In this document: one piece after another, positions 59,106 through 64,000 of the stretch | Layout of the letters: each line of letters opens with the position of its first letter | Numbering within the stretch: position 1 is the stretch's first letter | Assembly (NCBI GenBank): GCA_963706575.1 | Contig: CAVPNL010000001.1 | Coordinates: forward strand, 320,001 to 384,000 | Length of the DNA stretch: 64,000 bases | Origin: an uncultured delta proteobacterium | GTDB taxonomy: Bacteria; Desulfobacterota; Desulfobacteria; Desulfobacterales; JAHEIW01 | Direction of reading: 5' to 3' | Notes under the pieces: model-generated | Database searches by the model: none | Told to the model about the DNA's origin: nothing | Seen by the model: the letters and a program-made list of their open reading frames with translations, nothing else | Translations under genes and position numbers: made by a program

Positions 59106-61364
59106 TCAAGTATACTTCTTAAGGGGATAAATCCTGCATAGAAGCGGGCCGAATGTGACCGCACCGGTGGCCGGGTCACAAAAGTCCTCTGAGTCCGGTG
59201 TCAGGACGTTCACGTTGACTTCGAAAGTGCCGAAAAGTACCGGATCTTCGCCAATCTCTTCCGGAAGCCACCACCCGTGCTGGCATTCAACCATGCGGGG
59301 AAGGATACGGGATGTCAGCTTGGCCTTCTGTTTTATCTTGCCTCTCAAGGTTTCGATTACCACCCAGTCGCCTTCACCGATGCCGAGTTGCCGGGCAGTA
59401 TCCGGATTGATTTCAACAGTAGGGTAGGGGTACAGCTTTCGTAGCGATCTTATTTGCCGGTGTTCGGAGTGGTGCATCGGGCGGAATCGGGCGCCGGTGA
59501 TCAGAATAAAGGGATACTTCCGGGCCATTTCCGGCTGGCTGACAGGTGTTTCCGGTGGTTCCGTATAATCCGGCAAGGGATCGTAACCCAGTTTTTCTAG
59601 AATGGTGGAATATAGTTCAACCTTACCGGTGGGTGTCGCAAATCCTTTGGACTTGCCGGTATCAGGATCGATCTGTTCGTAACGTTTTTCAACCGCCGGC
59701 GGTGACCAGAAGCGTTGTTTGACAGCAAATTCTTCTGCTGAATTCAAATTCAGTTCGCCGAGCAAAGGCTCCAGGCAATAGTCCCATTCCTTTTCCAGAC
59801 TCGTGCGCCAGTATTTTTCCTGACCCAAGCGCACACCCAATCCGCGGTAGAATTCGAAGTCACTGCGGCGCTCACCCAGAGGTTGGACCACGCGTTGCCC
59901 CATAGCCGCCGCACTTCCGCTGCCCTGGAAGGTCTGGGTGTACATCTGGGGATGTTCCAGCCAGTTAGTGATCGGAAATACGTAATCCGCCAGCATGGCC
60001 GAAGGGGTCATCCATTGTTCGGCGACAATGAAAAGCTCAAGATTGGCACTTTTAAGAGCCTCATAAATCCGTTTGGTATTGGGATAGGCGATTAAGGGGT
60101 TGCAGGCCCCGCAGATCAATCCTTTAATCGGATATGGCTTTTGATCGAGAATTGCCGTCCAGATAGACGGTTCGTGGCATCCGGGCAGAAAACCGGCCGA
60201 CAATCCTTTGTCATACCAGTAAGGTTTGGCGGCTTCTTGAACCATTTCATATCCCGGAAAGCACCACAGCTTGTGATCTTCGGCACCCAGTTGCTTTATG
60301 CGCTGTTCATCCGGCAGCAAATCCATGTGTTCCATCAGGGCGCCGTAGTTGGCTTTCTCACAGGGACCCGACAACATATCGCCGCCGATCACATCCAGAT
60401 TGCCGCTGATGGCGCGCAAGATGCATTTGGCCTGGGTGATGCTGGTGACATTGACGCCCTGCATATCCGACTTTACGCCCCAGATGATCGATGCCGGTCT
60501 GCTGGTGGCATAAAGCCGGGCGGTTTGCACAATCTGTTCCGGCGGAACCCAGGTTATTTCAGCAACTTTCTCTGGCGGGTATTGTTTAACGCGTTCCTTG
60601 AGCTGATCGAAACCATGGCACCACTTTTCAACGAAGTCCCTGTCATACAGGTTTTCTTCGATAATCACGTTCAACCAACCCAGAGCCAGGGCGGCATCAG
60701 TGCCGGGTCGCAGTCTTAACCAGTGATCGGCCAGCCGGGCGGCAGTCTCAGAATACTTGGGATCAATGACGATATATCGGGTGCCTTTGCGTTTGGCTTT
60801 CACGTGCTGCGGGAAAATACAGGCAAACGCCTCGGCGGGATTGCCTCCCCAGATGACGGCACATTTGCAGGGCTCCTTAACCGCCCGGCTGGCGCCGGCG
60901 CCGTAGACAGCAGCATGAATCTGACGGCTGACCACCGAACACCATTGTCCGGCATTGGCGTGATTGGGGCTTCCAAAAAGATTCATGAATCTGACTTTGA
61001 ACATTTCTGAAAAACCCCTGCCGGTACCGCCGACGCTGGCGACGGCTTCGGCGCCGCTTTCAGTTCGAATTTGCTCAAGTTTAGCCGAAACTTCATCCAG
61101 GGCATCTTCCCATGAGATTTTTTCCCATTTTCCTTCGCCGCGTTTGCCCATGCGTTTCAGGGGGGTGTTCAGACGATCTTCGTGGTAAAGGTGCTCGATG
61201 AAGGCCTTGGAGCGCTCGCAAATCCAGCCCTTGTTTACCGGATGGCCGGGTTCTCCCTTTAATTTAACGACTTTGCCGTTTTCAACGGTGGCCAGTACCC
61301 CGGCCTGAAGCCAGCAACCGAAACACAGGGCACGTCTTTCTTCGGAATTCGCAGATTTTTCCAT
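59106..61364 (-). CDS. Bis-MGD molybdo/tungsto-enzyme, acetylene-hydratase-like branch of the DMSO reductase family
   Basis: RLNTPLKR, WEKISWEDALD, RPGTDAALALG, GQWC (Cys metal ligand), FATPTGKVEL, HHSEHR, HGWW; no TAT signal. Confidence 0.88.
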   Translation of the reverse strand: MEKSANSEERRALCFGCWLQAGVLATVENGKVVKLKGEPGHPVNKGWICERSKAFIEHLYHEDRLNTPLKRMGKRGEGKWEKISWEDALDEVSAKLEQIRTESGAEAVASVGGTGRGFSEMFKVRFMNLFGSPNHANAGQWCSVVSRQIHAAVYGAGASRAVKEPCKCAVIWGGNPAEAFACIFPQHVKAKRKGTRYIVIDPKYSETAARLADHWLRLRPGTDAALALGWLNVIIEENLYDRDFVEKWCHGFDQLKERVKQYPPEKVAEITWVPPEQIVQTARLYATSRPASIIWGVKSDMQGVNVTSITQAKCILRAISGNLDVIGGDMLSGPCEKANYGALMEHMDLLPDEQRIKQLGAEDHKLWCFPGYEMVQEAAKPYWYDKGLSAGFLPGCHEPSIWTAILDQKPYPIKGLICGACNPLIAYPNTKRIYEALKSANLELFIVAEQWMTPSAMLADYVFPITNWLEHPQMYTQTFQGSGSAAAMGQRVVQPLGERRSDFEFYRGLGVRLGQEKYWRTSLEKEWDYCLEPLLGELNLNSAEEFAVKQRFWSPPAVEKRYEQIDPDTGKSKGFATPTGKVELYSTILEKLGYDPLPDYTEPPETPVSQPEMARKYPFILITGARFRPMHHSEHRQIRSLRKLYPYPTVEINPDTARQLGIGEGDWVVIETLRGKIKQKAKLTSRILPRMVECQHGWWLPEEIGEDPVLFGTFEVNVNVLTPDSEDFCDPATGAVTFGPLLCRIYPLKKYT

Positions 61365-61399
61365 TAAATCTCCTTAACGCTCGAAAATCTCTGTCTTTG

Positions 61400-61564
61400 T
61401 TATTTTAGCCAGAAACGATCCGGGTGTCTTTGTTTGCCATAGCCGAAAAGATCATCCATCCACAGAAAAAACGGTCGGCAGAACATTTCGTTTTTCTGAT
61501 AAAACGAGGTCGCATTCCCAGCCACATAACGGCCGGCGCCCTGTTCAATAAATCTTGCTTTCAT
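61400..61564 (-). pseudogene. 54-aa ORF resembling the fused N- and C-termini of a reductive-dehalogenase-like protein
   Basis: SD GAGGTG; MKARFIEQGAGRYVAGNATSFYQKNEMFCRPFFLWMDDLFGYGKQRHPDRFWLK*. Confidence 0.55.
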
Positions 61565-61667
61565 TATTCTGTCACCTCATTGCCGGATTTGCCGGATCTG
61601 AAATCAAATGCCTGATCACAAATTGATGAAGTATTGTTAAGAAGGGCCGAGGGCAGGGTACCCAACC

Positions 61668-61732
61668 GTCATTCCCGCGCAGGCGGGAATCCAGGCGTCT
61701 TTGAACTGGACTCCCGCCTGCGCGGGAGTGAC
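61668..61732. repeat. REP/dRS3-like inverted repeat element
   Basis: GTCATTCCCGCGCAGGCGGGAATCCAG ... CTGGACTCCCGCCTGCGCGGGAGTGAC (27 bp arms, 2 mismatches). Confidence 0.85.
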
Positions 61733-61773
61733 AATCGTTTTGTAACTTATTTATAGGCTATAACTTTAGAAGA

Positions 61774-63081
61774 CTAAAGCATTTTCGCCGGCAGCCACAG
61801 GGCCAACTGCGGGAATAACATCGTTATAATCAGGACGATCAGCTGGATGACGACAAACGGCGGCACCGCCTGCCAGATATTCTTCGTATGGATTTCCGGC
61901 GGCGCCACGCCTTTCATTAATATTAACGCCCAGCCAAAAGGCGGGGTTAAATAGGCGACCTGCATGTTGAGGATAAAAACGATGGAAAACCAGACCGGGT
62001 CAAACCCCAAGAACACGGCGATGGGAATAAAGATCGGAGCGCAGATGGTCAAAACGGCATAGTCGTCCATGAACATGCCGAATATGAGCAGGATGATTTG
62101 CATCACTGCCAAAATCAACCACCGATTCACCTCCAGGTCCTGGACCATGCCCATGACCATATCCTGGGCGCCCGCACTGGTGTAGACAACACCGAAAAGG
62201 GTTGCCGCCACCAGTATCCACAATGCCAAGCCGCTTATTTTCATCGTTTCAATACAGGATTCAGAAATCACCTTCCAGCTAATCCGGCCATGGATAACAC
62301 AGACTAAAAAAGAGCCAAAGGCGCCGACTCCCGCGGCTTCGGTCGGGGTGGCAATCCCTAAAAATATAGAACCCAACACCAAAACCACCAGTAAAAACGG
62401 CAGGACGATATCTTTGACGGAAGTCCAGCGGGCCTTCCATGTTGTTTCTTCCACCGCTCTGGGGGCGAGTTCGGGCTTGAGGTAGCATATGACCAGAATA
62501 TAGATAATATACAGACATGCGGTAATGAAACCGGGAATGGCTCCTCCAAAGAAAATTTTGCCGATGGATATGCGGGAGATGTAGGCAAAAATGATCATGA
62601 TAATGCTGGGTGGAATAATTTCGCCCAGAACCCCACCGGCCATTACACAGCCGAGCGCCAGGGATTTGTTGTATCGCTGTTTGAGCATGGCCGGCACGGC
62701 AATGAGTCCCATGGTGAGTATTCCCGGGCCGAATCCACCGCACATGGCCAGGGCCACACACACGCCCACTGACACAAGAGCGAGACCGCCTCTTATACCT
62801 GAAAGCCACAGATTGAGTGCACGAAATAAGCGATCTGAAATACCGGAGTGGATTAAAAAATTACCCATCAGAAGAAACAGCGGAATGGTGATCAGGCCGG
62901 GGTCGGTAATTTGTCGATATGTTGTGGTGGCGACGATGTATAAATCGTTTAGGTCACCTGTTAAAAAAGTTATGAGGACACTGATGCCGCCGAGCGCAAA
63001 AACCACCGGAACGCCTAAAGCTAAAAGAATAAGTAATCCTCCAAATAAAAGAACCGTGGTCAGCTCGATGCTCATATTCAT
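61774..63081 (-). CDS. dctM: TRAP transporter large permease
   Basis: IPLFLLMG, IIPPS, ATPTEAAG, YLTPPFG. Confidence 0.93.
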   Translation of the reverse strand: MNMSIELTTVLLFGGLLILLALGVPVVFALGGISVLITFLTGDLNDLYIVATTTYRQITDPGLITIPLFLLMGNFLIHSGISDRLFRALNLWLSGIRGGLALVSVGVCVALAMCGGFGPGILTMGLIAVPAMLKQRYNKSLALGCVMAGGVLGEIIPPSIIMIIFAYISRISIGKIFFGGAIPGFITACLYIIYILVICYLKPELAPRAVEETTWKARWTSVKDIVLPFLLVVLVLGSIFLGIATPTEAAGVGAFGSFLVCVIHGRISWKVISESCIETMKISGLALWILVAATLFGVVYTSAGAQDMVMGMVQDLEVNRWLILAVMQIILLIFGMFMDDYAVLTICAPIFIPIAVFLGFDPVWFSIVFILNMQVAYLTPPFGWALILMKGVAPPEIHTKNIWQAVPPFVVIQLIVLIITMLFPQLALWLPAKML

Positions 63082-63133
63082 CTTCCTCTGAGATCACATT
63101 CGACTGAACAGAATGAAAGTTCGGATTCGTTCG

Positions 63134-63622
63134 TTACTTACCATTTCTGCGAAACGCGGAAATGCCTTCAAGCAAGAATAGAAAAGCTACTGCTGGGATC
63201 AGAAGTTTAAACGGGTACCACGGAATTCGAAATGCGCCGGCCGCTTTTTCATTCATCATCAGGGAATTCCAACCCATCCAGGATGCCTGCCAGACCAATA
63301 CGCCCATGAAAGAAACAAAGGCCAGCAACCCGATCCATTTGGCGACTGTTTTCAACCCCTGCGGGAAGTGATCGTACAATATTTCTATGCGGATGTGCTC
63401 GCCTTTAAATAATGTAAAAACTCCCGCAAAAAGGATAAAAACGCCGAAAAGCTGTCGGTTTACAAGCCATCCCCAGAGAAGCGGTCGGTTAAATACATAC
63501 CGCGCCACAACATCCAGGGTCGTAACCAGCATCATAATAAAAACCAAATAGCTGGTGATTTTTGCTGACTTTTCGACAATGGCATCAATCCAGTCGAAAA
63601 ACGCATTCACTAGATTCGACAT
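63134..63622 (-). CDS. dctQ: TRAP transporter small permease
   Basis: DVVARYVFN, HIRIEI, 4 TM segments. Confidence 0.9.
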   Translation of the reverse strand: MSNLVNAFFDWIDAIVEKSAKITSYLVFIMMLVTTLDVVARYVFNRPLLWGWLVNRQLFGVFILFAGVFTLFKGEHIRIEILYDHFPQGLKTVAKWIGLLAFVSFMGVLVWQASWMGWNSLMMNEKAAGAFRIPWYPFKLLIPAVAFLFLLEGISAFRRNGK

Positions 63623-63677
63623 CTCACGAGGTCCTCGAATTTAGATGGATTTGCTCAAATTAACAAGGGATGAAAAG

Positions 63678-63707
63678 ACCAGGAGGGTGTAAGTCCACCC
63701 TCCTGGT
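63678..63707 (-). terminator. Hairpin between dctP and dctQ
   Basis: ACCAGGAGGGTG-6nt-CACCCTCCTGGT. Confidence 0.6.
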
Positions 63708-63758
63708 TATCTTCCGGTTTAGAGATTCTCTCAATCTTGTCGTTTAAAAGGCCTTTTT

Positions 63759-64000
63759 CTATTTTAAGGTTTTTCTCCAGCCCTTGATAATTTCGATCGC
63801 CTCGGCAGCAGCTGGATCTCTTGCTCCGATTTCGTCCCACAGCTTGAGGGCCGCCGCTTCATGGGCCTTGTCACAGGCATCATCTATCGGGCTGTTGATG
63901 ACTTTGCCGGCTTTTACCAGCTCAGCGACTTTCTTAAGCTCACTGTCATAGATCTTGTTTAAGTCGTGAAAATATTGTTCCGCTGCATCGGCCATTGCTT
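63759..64000 (-). CDS. dctP: TRAP substrate-binding protein, C-terminal part (starts outside the window)
   Basis: Open frame upstream of dctQ; helical C-terminus ALKLWDEIGARDPAAAEAIEII. Confidence 0.7.
   Translation of the reverse strand, partial: AMADAAEQYFHDLNKIYDSELKKVAELVKAGKVINSPIDDACDKAHEAAALKLWDEIGARDPAAAEAIEIIKGWRKTLK

Noticed and set aside
59106..61364. Calling the Mo-enzyme acetylene hydratase or PadB
   Set aside because: It lacks the Asp13 equivalent and has no adjacent padC/padD; only family-level assignment is supported.

Overview
This is a 64 kb bacterial window whose gene content and style fit an anaerobic Desulfobacterota (Desulfobacterales-like) organism; the taxonomy is inferred, not measured. 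(1) 1-19.9 kb is an anaerobic aromatic catabolism region: an iorAB-paaK-panE-activase-2-hydroxyacyl-CoA dehydratase/BCR-like-CoA ligase operon, the benzoyl-CoA lower pathway (dch, had, oah, SDR, thiolase/DUF35, fused 3-hydroxyacyl-CoA dehydrogenase/hydratase), an AcuA-like acetyltransferase, ilvE and meaB. Most intergenic gaps here hold self-complementary short-tandem-repeat hairpins. (2) 20-36 kb holds pqiAABC, a GntR regulator, a TRAP transporter with an alpha/beta hydrolase, and a divergent padEFGHI-type arylglyoxylate oxidoreductase operon with about 8 single-base indels. (3) About 36.2-58.8 kb is a mosaic accessory stress region: groESL, an RRM protein, hflKC-ftsH, dnaJ-like, two B12 radical SAM enzymes, a sigma54 module, an MlaF-GGDEF fusion and bactofilin. 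It also has a 1.2 kb diverged direct repeat, an integron-cassette-like insert and several gene remnants. (4) 59-64 kb holds a second TRAP transporter, a 54-aa ORF that looks like an internally deleted reductive dehalogenase, and an acetylene-hydratase-family molybdo/tungsto-enzyme with a non-canonical Fe-S motif. I saw no rRNA, tRNA, CRISPR array, transposase or integrase.
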